DNA from: the human T2T-CHM13v2.0 reference genome, Homo sapiens
Direction: 5' to 3' (one strand)
Assembly: GCF_009914755.1 (NCBI RefSeq)
Contig: NC_060926.1
DNA length: 64,000 bases
The notes under the pieces: model-generated
Database searches by the model: none
Told to the model about the DNA's origin: nothing
Seen by the model: only the letters and a program-made list of their open reading frames with translations
In this document: positions 12,566-28,916 of the stretch, one piece after another
Layout of the letters: each line of letters begins with the position of its first letter
How positions within the stretch are numbered: the stretch's first letter is position 1
Program-made: the position numbers and the translations under genes

Positions 12566-13457
12566 GAGGGAGGAGCCAAGATGGCTGCATAGGAACAGCT
12601 CCGGTGGTGAGCGACGCAGAAGATGGTGATTTCTGCATTTCCATCTGAGGTACCGGGTTCATCTCACTAGGGAGTGCCAGACAGTGGGCACAGGTCAGTG
12701 GGTGCGTGCAAAGTGCACGAGCCGAAGCAGGGCGAGGCATTGCCTCACTTGGGAAGCGCAAGGGGTCAGGGAGTTCCCTTTCCTAGTCAAAGAAAGGGGT
12801 GACAGACGGCACCTGGAAAATCGGGTCACTCCCACCAGAATACTGCACTTTTCCGGCGGGCTTAAAAAACGGCGCACCACGAGATTTTATCCCGCACCTG
12901 GCTCGGAGGGTCCTACGCCCAGGGAGTCTCGCTGATTGCTAGCACAGCAGTCTGAGATCAAACTGCAAGGTGGCAGCCAGGCTGGGGGAGGGGCGCCCAC
13001 CATTGCCCAGGCTTGATTAGGTAAACAAAGCAGCAGGGAAGCTCGAACTGGGTGGAGCCCACCACAGCTCAAGGAGGCCTGCCTGCCTCTGTAGGCTCCG
13101 CTCTGGGGGCAGGGCACAGACAAACAAAAAGATAGCAGTAACTTCTGCAGACTTAAATGTCCCTGTCTGACAGCTTTGAAGAGAGCAGTGGTTCTCCCAG
13201 CACGCAGCTGGAGATCTGAGAATGGGCAGACTGTCTCCTCAAGTGGGTCCCTGACCCCTGACCCCTGAGCAGCCTAACTGGGAGGCACCCCCCAGCAGGG
13301 GCACACTGACACCTCACACGGCAGGGTATTCCAACAGACCTGCAGCTGAGGGTCCTGTCTGTTAGAAGGAAAACTAACAAACAGAAAGGACATCCACACC
13401 AAAAACCCATCTGTACATCACCATCATCAAAGACCAAAAGTAGATACAACAACAAAG
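12566..13457. promoter_or_regulatory. L1 5'UTR sense and antisense promoter region
   Basis: Complete CpG-containing L1 5'UTR. The YY1-type motif reads caagatggct (consensus caagatggcc). A deletion of roughly 13 nt versus the remembered consensus lies near 12605. Confidence 0.8.
12887..13003 (-). pseudogene. L1 ORF0, truncated by a premature stop
   Basis: MVGAPPPAWLPPCSLISDCCASNQRDSLGVGPSEPGAG* matches the ORF0 N-terminus. The continuation VRRFLS..VGVTRFSRC follows in frame after the stop. Confidence 0.85.
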
Positions 13458-14475
13458 ATGGGGAAAAAACAGAACAGAAAAACTGGAAACTCTAAAAAGC
13501 AGAGCGCCTCCTCCTCCTCCAAAGGAATGCAGTTCTTCACCAGCAACGGAACAAAGCTGGATGGAGAATAACTGTGACTAGCTGAGAGAAGAAGGCTTCA
13601 GACGATCAAATTACTCTGAGCTACGGGAGGACATTCAAACCAAAGGCAAAGAAGTTGAAAACTTTGAAAAAAATTTAGAAGAATGTATAACTAGAATAAC
13701 CAATACGGAGAAGTGCTTAAAGGAGCTGATGGTGCTGAAAACCAAGGCTCGAGAACTACGTGAAGAATGCAGAAGCCTCAGGAACCAATGCGATCAACTG
13801 GAAGAAAGGGTATCAGCAATGGAAGATGAAATGAATGAAATGAAGCGAGAAGGGAAGTTTAGAGAAAAAAGAATAAAAAGAAATGAGCAAAGCCGCCAAG
13901 AAATATGGGACTATGTGAAAAGACCAAATCTACGTCTGATTGGTGTACCTGAAAGTGATGGGGAGAATGGAACCAAGTTGGAAAACACTCTGCAGGATAT
14001 TATCCAGGAGAACTTCCCCAATCTAGCAAGGCAGGCCAACATTCAAATTCAGGAAATACAGAGAATGCCACAAAGATACTCCTCGAGAAGAGCAACTCCA
14101 AGACACATAATTGTCAGATTCACCAAAGTTGAAATGAAGGAAAAAATGTTAAGGGCAGCCAGAGAGAAAGGTCGGGTTACCCTCAAAGGGAAGCCCATCA
14201 GACTAACAGCAGATCTCTCAGCAGAAACCCTACAAGCCAGAAGAGAGTGGGGGCCAATATTCAACATTCTTAAAGAAAAGAATTTTCAACCCAGAATTTC
14301 ATATCCAGCCAAACTAAGCTTCATAAGTGAAGGAGAAATAAAATACTTTACAGACAAGCAAATGCTGAGAGATTTTGTCACCACCAGGCCTGCCCTAAAA
14401 GAGCTTCTGAAGGAAGCGCTAAACATGGAAAGGAACAACCGGTACCAGCCGCTACAAAATCATGCCAAAATGTAA
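13458..14475 (+). pseudogene. L1 ORF1p (RNA-binding chaperone), disrupted
   Basis: ATG at 13458, +1 frameshift in the ctcc run near 13510, TAG at 13579. The C-terminal 248 aa are intact (RPNLRLIGVPE...YPAKLSF...PLQNHAKM). Confidence 0.93.
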
Positions 14476-14538
14476 AGACCATCAAGACTAGGAAGAAACT
14501 GCATCAACTAACGAGCAAAATAACCAGCTAACATCATA

Positions 14539-18363
<3,825 letters not shown>

Positions 18364-20329
18364 ACAATGAGATCACATGGACACAGGAAGGGGAATATCA
18401 CACTCTGGGGACTGTTGTGGGGTGGGGGGAGGGATAGCATTGGGGGATATACCTAATGCTAGATGACGTGTTAGTGGGTGCTGCACACCAGCATGGCACA
18501 TGTATACATATGTAACTAACCTGCACAATGTGCACATGCATCCTAAAACTTAAAGTATAATAAAAAAAAAAAAGAAAAACAAGAATTCAATAGTTTCCAA
18601 ATGTCTTGTCTGTTTCTTCTTTTATCCTGTCTCCTCTCCACCTACCCTTCCATGATTGCTGCATGTACACACATAGAGTACTTTAATTTGTGAGCATCTG
18701 TTCACCCGATTTGAATTCCATATTCTCTAGGGGAAATACTGTTATGCAACGAGCATAAAATGAGTTGCAGTACCATTAGTAGCAACAAAGGTGGGGAGGG
18801 GGGTCTCTTACCTGAGGTGCTGCTTTGAAAACATCCTCTAATACTCTTGGCTTTCCTAATTAAGTGCTATCACCTCTGCAGATGGTAAAATTATGTATGT
18901 ATTTTGCTGAATTCCCTTAGCAAGGATGCTTTCATTGGGGGAGTTCAATAAGAATGATATTCTTTGAGGGAAAAAAGAAAAACACTGGCTACTTATGATA
19001 TCACATTGAGATGGCTATCACGGCACGATTGCAGTGTTGTTTTGTTTAAATGTTACATTGATTTTTGTCTCTTTTCTGTCCTTCCTAAGTCCCCTAAGGG
19101 ATAGGCAAAAAGGACTGCTGGTAGCCTTTCCCCACTGAAACCTGGAAATTTAATTCAATAAGATCTCACTGGAATCTGAACATTTAAGTCCAAGTAAATA
19201 TCACCTAAAAGTTATTTTTAAAGGGCTACATGAATTTTTAAATTATGCTAAAAGATTGAGTATCATAATGAAGAAACATGTTTTTAAGGGAGATTTAAAA
19301 GGAGGAGAAGTCTAGTCCAACTCTAAACTCCTGCCCTTCTCCATAATCAACACATTTACCAAAAGCCAGAAACATACATAATTTCTACTAATTTTCAGAG
19401 AAAAAAAATCTTACTATAGTTATATAATTTATTATCTAAATTTGGATATTTAAAAAAACATAAGTGGGAACTTTTTAAACATCTATTAAAACAACATGCA
19501 TAACCTAGAACTGTCCTAAGCAAACTAGGTAAGTAGAAGTATAGCCGCCCTACTTACCTTCATCCTGTAGATACACACAGTTGGTTCTGGAACCATTGCT
19601 GCAAATCCTTCTCCAGCTTGGTGGAGAAGTCACTATGGAGCTGGCACATTGCTGCTGAGTCATCCCCTCCTTCACCTCATAACTCATCATCTAATTGTGT
19701 TTCTATGTTTTCAGAAAGTTGAGGCTCAGGAAAAGTAAGCAACTTTCTCTCCACCTCTCAGCAACCTATGCACTATACTTCCCTTATCTTTTATAAGTAT
19801 CCATCCTGTAGTTTCTAGATCCTCAGTGAATTATGACATCACTAACACTCCCAGGGATGTAGTTTGAAGAGTATAATTTTTTTCCCCTAGCACTCAGTAC
19901 TTATACTAATTTCTAGATCTCGAGACCTGATTGATTGTCTTGAGCACTTTCATATTCAGAGTGATCCTCAACAGTGAAGTTTTAATATTTCTTTCTTGAT
20001 AATAGGAGATAAACTAAATATGTGTTTCAGTATACTCATGGAGATAAAGTCTTTTAACAAGCCCAAGTTCAGGAACTGTGGTTATCAACATTGTTTCTAG
20101 ATGATGGCTTCTTTTGCTCCTTCTTGAATGGAGTTTTAATGTTGTTAGTGTTTAGAGAGAAAGGTCTAACGTTTAGGACTCTTGGCCCTGCCAAACTTCC
20201 TTCCCTTAAGAGCAATGCCAGGAATAAACTCTTAAGAACAGAGGGGCAAACTAACAGTAAAGGCACAAGGGGCAATGCTTAAGCTGAGTCTTAAGGGACT
20301 AATTTTCCTCATCTTTAGAATCCTGCATA

Positions 20330-20718
20330 GACAGAGGTTCCACAGCATTTAGGAGAATATTGAAAACTGGGAGCTTCTGCAAGATGAGTGAGGAATTTGT
20401 GGGGACTGGCACTGAAGGAGCCCAAGTAACATTCTAAGAAGCTAGACTTTATTCTGTGTCCACTAGGGAATAACTGAGGAATGTTAAGCAAGAGAGAGAT
20501 GTATATATAGTATGCAACTTTTAAAAAGAAGTCAGGAGACTGTGAAGAGCTGGATTGTAGGGTGTAACATGATGCCAGAAGTGTAGCTAGGAGACTCTTG
20601 GAAAAGCTTGGATAAGAGGACAGATCTGAGCTAAACATCTGACTGAGAAGATTAATAGAAATGCATGAATCAGCAAGAGATTCAGGTACTAAACTTATAG
20701 GTCTAGGTTTCTGCAAAA

Positions 20719-20749
<31 letters not shown>

Positions 20750-20975
20750 AAACTATATAGAACCACTTAAGGAAGCACTGTATTACCAAAAATAGAAAAG
20801 AAGAAGATGACTAGCAGATTTCTGGCTATGGAAACAGGGCAATTGTTGGCATTTTAAACTGAGGTAAGGATTACTGAAAAAAGAGGGACTATTGGTAAGA
20901 AATGAGTAAAAATGATAAGTGAAATCTGAATGTATTAATTTCATTTGTTCATATGACACTGGACACAGATGTCCA
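20330..20975 (-). mobile_element. L2 LINE fragment with internal A28 run
   Basis: gactttattctg...aagcaagagagagatg...ctggattgtagggtg, ttctggctatggaaacaggg. Poly(A) at 20715-20742. Confidence 0.65.
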
Positions 20976-22430
20976 GAAACTTATTCGTAAGTGTCATCAA
21001 GTCCAATGCTCTTCTTTAAATGCATGATAATACTAAGATTAAGAGGAAGGAAGTAAATTTAGAAAGATCACCCAAAGTCTTACAGAGCTGGAATTGAAAC
21101 AGGAAGCTTCCGAGAGTCAATCCAGAATCTTTTTCTCTGAGTCAAAGCTTACCATGTCTTGCTGTTGTTTATTTAGTTAGTTAAAAGAAAAGTTGGTTGA
21201 CCTAATAACAGGATTTTAATTCCAGGAAGGATTTTGCTTGAGTGTTGCCTTTTTGCCTAAGTTATTGCTATGTATGCTAGCTGTGTTTCAGCATTAATTG
21301 CATTTAGAAATGGTATAAATCCTGCTTTTGGAGCAAAATTCTATAAGAAGATGACACATCTCTGTGATGTCACAGTATCCTGAGAGGGTTTCTAAAGGCT
21401 ATTGCTGAAAGAGTCATAATGTTCAGTTTGGGTGTCCCCATTTCCTCTTTTGTTTTATTCTGTTCAGCTGTTTTGGAATCAAGCAGAGGAAGTAACCCAA
21501 AGTGCATCTGGTTTAGAAGGATTCTCGAACTTCCCTCTCCAACATCTGCCTTGCTATGGGATCATTAAACAGAAGGCGACCTCACAAATAGCCGTTTGTC
21601 AAACAAGCAGCCTGTTTTTCTCGTGAGAAATGCCCTTTTGCCTAATATGGGTGTTGAAACTGTCGCTCATCAAAAGTAAAGTGTTTGCCCCTCATGGGTG
21701 AGCACTAGTAATGGGAATGTGACTAGTTCTGCAAAGTGAAGGCAGATGTTTGCAGAGAGGAGTCAACATTGAGAAAGTTTTTTAGAATCACATAAAAATA
21801 TTATTAATAAAATATAACCTTTCTTAAGAAATAAAAAGCCCACAGCGGATCTTTCAGGCTTCAGTGAGGGCTGTTTATTTCAAAGGGTATTTTTCACAGT
21901 TGTTTCCATCCCAGTGATTCTAAAATGATACTTATTTAAAGTTATGGTGACTCAACGACATTTCTTTGGTTGTTTTGTTGTTTGAAGATTATTAGAAAAT
22001 GGCAACATCTTAGCGTATTAGGTTCAATTTTAGTCAGTGGTATATTTTCATAATCCCATTTTTATAAGTATCAAAACATGTTGTAGATATTTAGATTGAT
22101 ATCAGACAGTGGCTTTGTTCAAGTTGGATGAGCCAAACAGGACTTGCACATTTTAAGGTGTCGGTTTTGATTTTTACCTTGTAAGTCTCTTTGTCTTTGG
22201 CTTCTGCCCATGAATTTCTGCTTAGCCAGAAAACATTGTGTGTTTGGTATTTTGTTGTTGTTTGGTTTTACTTTGTGTTATTGGCTATAGTTAAGGCAAA
22301 CCTAGATGTTCATATTTATTCAATGTATAACCTTGTTTTGGGGTAAATTCTTTGGCTGAATCACTCCACACCAAATGCACAAACCTGTATATATCCACCC
22401 TGAAACATGTCTCTACTTTAGGGTGATACA

Positions 22431-22480
22431 ATCTTGACCTGTAACAAGTCTTTCTTTCCACTCGTGACATCAAGGTTATG
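22431..22480 (+). repeat. 50-bp dispersed direct repeat, copy 1
   Basis: 48/50 identical to 23631-23680. Confidence 0.95.
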
Positions 22481-23123
22481 AGTCCTACAATCACTTTAGT
22501 TGATGGAGTTCTCCACAATGTGTTGCAGGGCCTGGTGGTTAGGACTATGTTCCTATATTAGCCTCTCTGCGTGGCATGCTTACTAAAATGTGCACCAGTG
22601 GCTCTGACCTCTTTGATCACATGACGAAAGGGAAGGGGAGAGAGAGGGAAGGCTCTGTGATTATCTGATTCCCATGGAAGTTTTCCTTGTTTTGTTGCTG
22701 GAGCACTACAAGGCAAATGCTACTCACTTCTTTCAAGAAATCCCAGCTGCAGAGGAGTTGCTGACCACAACAGGGGCTGTTGCCAAAACACTCTACTGGA
22801 GTGCTGCTGTGGCCTAGAAATAGCTGCAAATAATGAGAAGTTCTCAGAAAAAAAAAGAAAAAAGAAAAACAAAAGCTCATGGAAAGATTTTAAGATAAAA
22901 GGAGTCTTATCTGTGGTTATGTATATACAAACACAGTTTGTGGGTTTGGAGACCAAGGCCATACTTTGGTTCATACTGTTCAGGCTCCTTTGTTCTAGCT
23001 GGATTAGGAAAACTTTTTCTCTTGGCTTAGATGACATCAGGTCTTAATTGGTGGCTCTGTAGTATTTTATTTTTAAAATGTACGAACTATAAAAAGGTAA
23101 GCTGCACTTAATAATTTGGTTAC

Positions 23124-23507
23124 CGTATTAGTCCATTCTCACATTGCTATAAAGAACTACCTGATATTAGGTAATTTACAAAGAAAAGAGGTTTAATTGG
23201 TGAACAGTTCCACAGGCTGTACAGGAAGCGTGGCTGGGGAGGCCTCAGGAAACTAACAATCATGGCAGAAGGCAAAGTGGAAGCCAGCATGTCCTACATG
23301 GCTGGAGCAGGAGGAATAGAGAGAAAAGGGAAGTGCTACACATTTTGCAACAACCAGATCTCAGGAGAACTCACTCACTATCAGGGGAACAACAAGGGGA
23401 AAGTCCATCCCTGTGATCCAATCACCTCCCACCAGGTCCCCACTCCGACACTGGGGATTATTATTTCCCACAAGATTTGGGAGGGGACAGAATTAAAAAC
23501 CATATCA
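23124..23507 (-). mobile_element. MSTA/MSTB MaLR solo LTR
   Basis: cgtattagtccattctcacattgctataaag...aaccatatca with a perfect 5-bp TSD gttac (23119-23123, 23508-23512). Confidence 0.92.
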
Positions 23508-23630
23508 GTTACTTTTTATAGAGAAGGTAAACTTTGATATCATAGCTGTGGTTAGAATATACAGGTTGTTCAGTTGTTTTGCTCTAATCCATGATGTTAT
23601 ATCTCTGTGTTGCTGAAAAAATTTCTTCAG

Positions 23631-23680
23631 ATCTTGACATGTAACAAGTCTTTCTTTCCACTTGTGACATCAAGGTTATG
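23631..23680 (+). repeat. 50-bp dispersed direct repeat, copy 2
   Basis: 48/50 identical to 22431-22480. Confidence 0.95.
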
Positions 23681-24474
23681 TTTTCAGTTTACTTTGACTC
23701 TAAACATGTCATTAATCCCAGCCTGTAAATGGAATATGGAATAGGGAAGAAAAAAGTATTTAACTGGGTGCATCACTATTATTTCTCCAAGCTGTAGGCA
23801 TGACCTTGGGATGATGACACCCAAGAAGAAGAGGATGAAAAGCTTCCTCCATAAAATGTGCAATAATAGAAGTTTTTGGTGAATGGGTACTTGGGGCTTT
23901 TAGGAAATCGATAAATAATGTCCTTTTTTTTTCTCCTGAGTTTGGAAAAATAAGACAGAAGCCAAACAAGTGAAGAATAAAAAATTACTTTCATTATTCA
24001 TAAAGATTGAATCAGAGAATACAATTTAATATGTAGCAAAGTGGACATCTAATATTTTCTGTACTTTCCGTAATGGATTCAGTCTAGCACTCAGAACTCT
24101 AGGCATTCCTCTTGCAGGAATGGGGGCAATCCACATGGTTGAGAGCAGGACACAGCGCCCTCTCTGTACACATAGCCATCCCTATAAGAGATCAAAGCCC
24201 ACAAGGCCTTCCTTAAAACTCACATCACATCAACTCATTCTTCCACAAGGAAGTATGGAAAAGATTGGGAACAGAGGCCAGAGGAAAGCACAGAAAGTCC
24301 GTTATGGAAATATGAGGCAAGGGAAGTTGAGACCCTTTAAACATTCATTAGCAGCATAAAGATAGAAGTGAATTATAGTTGGTAAAGGGAGAAAAATGTC
24401 AGCATCTTAGAAGTTCTAGGAGTGAGGTAGACCATGAACCTACTAGGTAAGGAGGTTAAAAATGGAGGAGGACA

Positions 24475-24774
24475 GCCAGGTGTAGTGGCTCCCGCTTGTA
24501 ATCCCAGCACTTTGGGAGGCCAAGGTGGGCGGATCACCTGAGGTCAGGAGTTTGAGACCAGCCTGACCAACATGGAGAAACCCCATCTCTACTAAAAATA
24601 CAAAATTAGCCTGGTGTGGTGGCGCATGACTGTAATCTCAGCTACTTGGGAGGCTTAGGCAAGAGAATCACTTGAACCTGGGAGGCGGAGGTTGCGGTGA
24701 GCCAAGATCGCACCATTGCACTCCAGTTTGGGCAACAAGAGTGAAAATCTGTCTCAGAAAAAAAAAAAAAAAAA
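24475..24774 (+). mobile_element. AluSp-like
   Basis: cctgaccaacatggagaaaccc and gggcaacaagagtgaaa diagnostics, poly(A), TSD core ggaggaggaca on both sides. Confidence 0.92.
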
Positions 24775-26252
24775 GAGGAGGAGGACAACAGAAGGTGGTG
24801 AATAAAGGCCAGTTTTTAGAGCCACCTTTGCTGATTCAGATGGGCAAGTAGAAGGCTGAACCGATTGATGGATTTAAGGGGCTAAGAGTACAGAAGTTGG
24901 AGTCCAAGTTCTGTTGAGGAGCAAATCCAGGTGGCCCTTGCTTTTTTCAGGTTTGAAACTCTTGAAGGGCTGCACCCTAGGAGAAAGGATTAACTAAAAG
25001 TTAACAGATTCTCACAGAAACTGCAGCTTATTTTGGAATTCTCTTAATTCCTATACTTAAATTGAGATGATTTTAATTTGCACATGCTCACAGGCGTGTG
25101 GCAGAAATAAACAAAAATACTCCCTAATGGATGATAACACCATATTAGTTCTGAGTTTACTTTCACAAACAATATTACAAATACAATTTCTGGCTGATAA
25201 TAAAACATTCATACATACTAAGAGACAAGATAACATGAATGGGAACAAATTGAAACACTGAACAATATAAATAGATCTTCAGGTTTCCAGATATTGGTGT
25301 TATCAGATACAGACCTTAGCATAACTATGCTTTCTATTGCTCAAGGGAAAAAGAGACAATATGCAGAATTATGTCAAAAGTAAAAAATAAAACTTTACAA
25401 GGAAACAATAGTGAAGTTTTAAATTTTAAAAATACAGTAATCCAAATTAGGAACTCAATAGATGAGTTTAATAGCAGATTAGATGCACCTACAGAAAGAA
25501 TTAGTAAAATGAAGTACAGGTCAGGAGAAAATATTCGGAATGAATAGAGAGACTAAACGAATGGAATATAGAGAAAAGAGAATAACAGAGTACACAATGA
25601 GAATGTGAAATATTTGTAATGGAAATCTTAGAAGAAAAGGAGTGAGAAAACAGGGGAAAATAAATATTTAAAAGAGAGTGGCTAAGAATTTTCAAAAACC
25701 TGATGAAAGACACAAAGCCTCATCCACAAACCCTGAAAACCCAATCACCATAAATAAATAGAAGGCATATCTAGATAAGTAATTATAAAATTATTGAATA
25801 AAAAGGCATAGAAAAGTAAATTCTCTAGGGCAGGATTGTTGTTATTGTTAGTGCTAAAAAGACAAAGTAAATGTAAAGGAACAACAATAAGGCTGAGAGC
25901 TGATCTACTTAACATAAACAATGCAGCCAAGAGGAATTATACCTTTAAAGTGTTGAAAGAAAATAACTGCCAACCCATAAACTGATACCTAGTGGGAATA
26001 ATGCTTAAAAAAAGAAGGTAAAGTGAAAACATTAAGGTGCTTCTTCATCAGCAGGCCCACAATGAAATAAATATTAATGAGTATACTTTAAGCAGAAGAA
26101 AAATGACTATATCTGGAAGTTCAGAGGTGCTTCCAAGAGCAACAAAAATGGCAAATATATCATTCAATAAATTAATACTCTCTACACAAAATAAAGTCTG
26201 TCATTTAATATTTATACATGACAGATTTAAAAATAAATGAAACCATGTCATA

Positions 26253-26622
26253 TGATATGGTTAGGTTTTGTGTTCCCACCCAAAGCTTTTTTTGAATTGT
26301 AATCCCCAGTTGTTGAGGGAGAGACCTGGTGGGAGGCGACTGGATCATGAGGGCAGTTTCCCCCATGCTGTTATTGTGATAGTGAGGGAGTTTTCATGAG
26401 ATCTGATGGTTTTATAAATGGCAGTTCCCCTGGGTTTTTCTCTTTGTTTCTCCGGCTGCCTTGTGAAGAGGTGCCTGCTTCCCCTTTTGCCTTTCATCAT
26501 GATTGTAAGTTTCCTGAGGTCTCCCCAGCCTGCAGAACTGTGAGTCAATTAAACCTCTTTTGTTTATAAATTACCCAGACTCAGGTAGTGTCTTTATACC
26601 AGTGTAAGAATGGAATAATACA
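26253..26622 (+). mobile_element. THE1D/MSTA-type MaLR solo LTR
   Basis: tgatatggtt...gaattgtaatcccc...gtgagtcaattaaacctcttt...taataca. Confidence 0.92.
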
Positions 26623-26674
26623 ACATCTAAGTTGGGAGAATCAAATAGAAATAATATACATTAAGATTTTTACA

Positions 26675-28916
26675 GATGCAGAAAAGGCCTTTGACAAAGT
26701 TTAACAGCCCTGCATGCTAAAAACTCTCAATAAACAAGATATTGCTGGAACACATCTCAAAATAATAAGAGCTATTTATGACAAACCCACAGCCAATATC
26801 ATACTGAATGGGCAAAAACTGGAAGCATTCCCTTTGAAAACGAGCACAAGACAAGGATACCCTCTCTCACCACTCCTATTCAACATAGTATTGGAAATTC
26901 TGGCCAGGGCAATCAGTCAAGAGAAAGAAATAAGGGATATTCAAATAGGAAGAGAGGAAGTCAAATTGTCCCGGTTTGCAGATGACATGATTGTATAGTT
27001 AGAAAACCCCATCATCTCAGCCCAAAATCTCCTTAAGCTGATAAGCAACTTCAGCAAAGTCTTAGGATACAAAATCAATATGCAAACATCACAAGCATTC
27101 CTATACACCAATAATAAATGGAGAGCCAAATCATGAGTGAACTCCCATTAACAATTGCTACAAAGAAAATAAAATACCTAGGAATCCAACTTACAAGGGA
27201 TGTGAAGGACCTCTTCGAGGAGAACTACAAACCACTGCTCAAGGAAATAAGAGAGGACACAAATGGAAAAACATTCCATGCTCATGGATAGAAAGAATTA
27301 ATACCGTGAAAATGGCCATACTGCTCAAAGTAATTTATAAATTCAATGCTATCCCTATCGAGCTACCACTGAGTTTCTTCACAGAATTGGAAAAAACTAC
27401 TTTAAATTTCATTTGGAACCAAAGAAGAGCCCACACAGCCAAGACAATCCTAAGCAAAAAGAACAAAGCTGGAGGCATCATGCTACCTGACTTCAAACCA
27501 TACTACAAGGCTGCAGTAACCAAAACAGGGTACTGCTACCAAAACAGATATATAGTCCAATGGAACAGAACACAGGCCTTAGAAATAACGCCATACATCT
27601 ACAACCATCTGATCTTCAACAAACCTGACAAAAACAAGCAATGGAGAAAGGATTCCCTATTTAATAAGTGGTGCTGGGAAAACTGGCTAGTCATATGCAG
27701 AAAACTGAAACTGGACCCCTTTCTTACACCTTATACAAAAATTAACTGAAGATGGATTAAATACTTAAACATAAAACCTAAAACCATAAAAATCCTAGAA
27801 GCAAACCTCGGCAATACCATTCAGGACCTAGGCATGGGCAAAGACTTCATGACTAAGACACCATGAGCAATGGCAACAAAAGCCGAAAATGACAAACGGG
27901 ATCTGATTAAACTAAAGAGCTTCTGCAGAGCAAAAGAAACTATCATCAGAGTGAACAGGCAACCTACAGAATGGGAGAAAATCTTTGCAATCTATCGGTC
28001 TTAAAAAGGGCTAACATCCAGAATCTACAAACAACTTAAACAAATTTACAAGAAAAAACCAACCCCATCAAAAAGTGGGCGAAGGATATGAATAGACACT
28101 TCTCAAAAGAAGACATTCATGTAGCCAACAAACATATGAAAAAAACCTCATCAACACTGGTCATTAGAGAAATGCAAATCAAAACCACAATGAGATACCA
28201 TCTCATGCCAGTTAGCCACAATGAGATACCATCTCATGCCAGTTAGAATGGTGATTATTAGAAAGTCAGGAAACAACAGATGCTGGAGAGCATGCGGAGA
28301 AATAGGAATGCTTTTACACTGTTGGCGGGAGTGTAAATTAGTTCAACCATTATGGAAGTGTGGTGATTCCTCAAGGATCTAGAACTAGAAATATAATTTG
28401 ACCCAGCATTCTCATTACTGGGTATATGCCAAAGGATTATAAATCATTCTACTATAAACACACATGCACACATATATTTATTGCAGCACTGTTCACAATA
28501 GTAAAGACTTGGAACCAACCCAAATGCCCATCAATGATACACTGGATTAAGAAAATGTGGCACATATAAAGCATGGAATACTATCCAGCCATAAAAAAGG
28601 ATGAGTTCATGTCCTTTGCAGGGACATGGATGAAGCTGGAAACCGTCATTCTCAGCAAACTAACACAGGAAAAGAAAACCAAACACCGCATGTTCTCACT
28701 CATAAGTGGGAGTGGAACAATGAGAACACATGGACACAGGGATGGGAACATACACATCGAGGCCTGTTGGGGGTTGGGGAGGAATAGCTTTAGGAGAAAT
28801 ACCTAATGTAGATGATGGGTTGATGAGTGCAGCAAACCACCATGGCATGTGTATACCTATGTAACAAAACTGCACGTTCTGCACATGTACCCCAGAACTT
28901 AAAGTATAATTAAAAA
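26675..28916 (+). mobile_element. 5'-truncated LINE-1 (L1PA7/8-like)
   Basis: ORF2 RT-to-3'UTR homology. TSD aagatttttaca at 26663-26674 and 28917-28928. Confidence 0.93.
28185..28246 (+). repeat. Perfect 31-bp tandem duplication within L1
   Basis: ccacaatgagataccatctcatgccagttag occurs twice. The L1 at 17858-17888 carries one homologous copy. Confidence 0.96.

Noticed and set aside
22431-23680. Direct repeats as a CRISPR-like array or LTR pair
   Set aside because: Only two copies, no regular spacers, no TG...CA termini or TSD, and a primate context.
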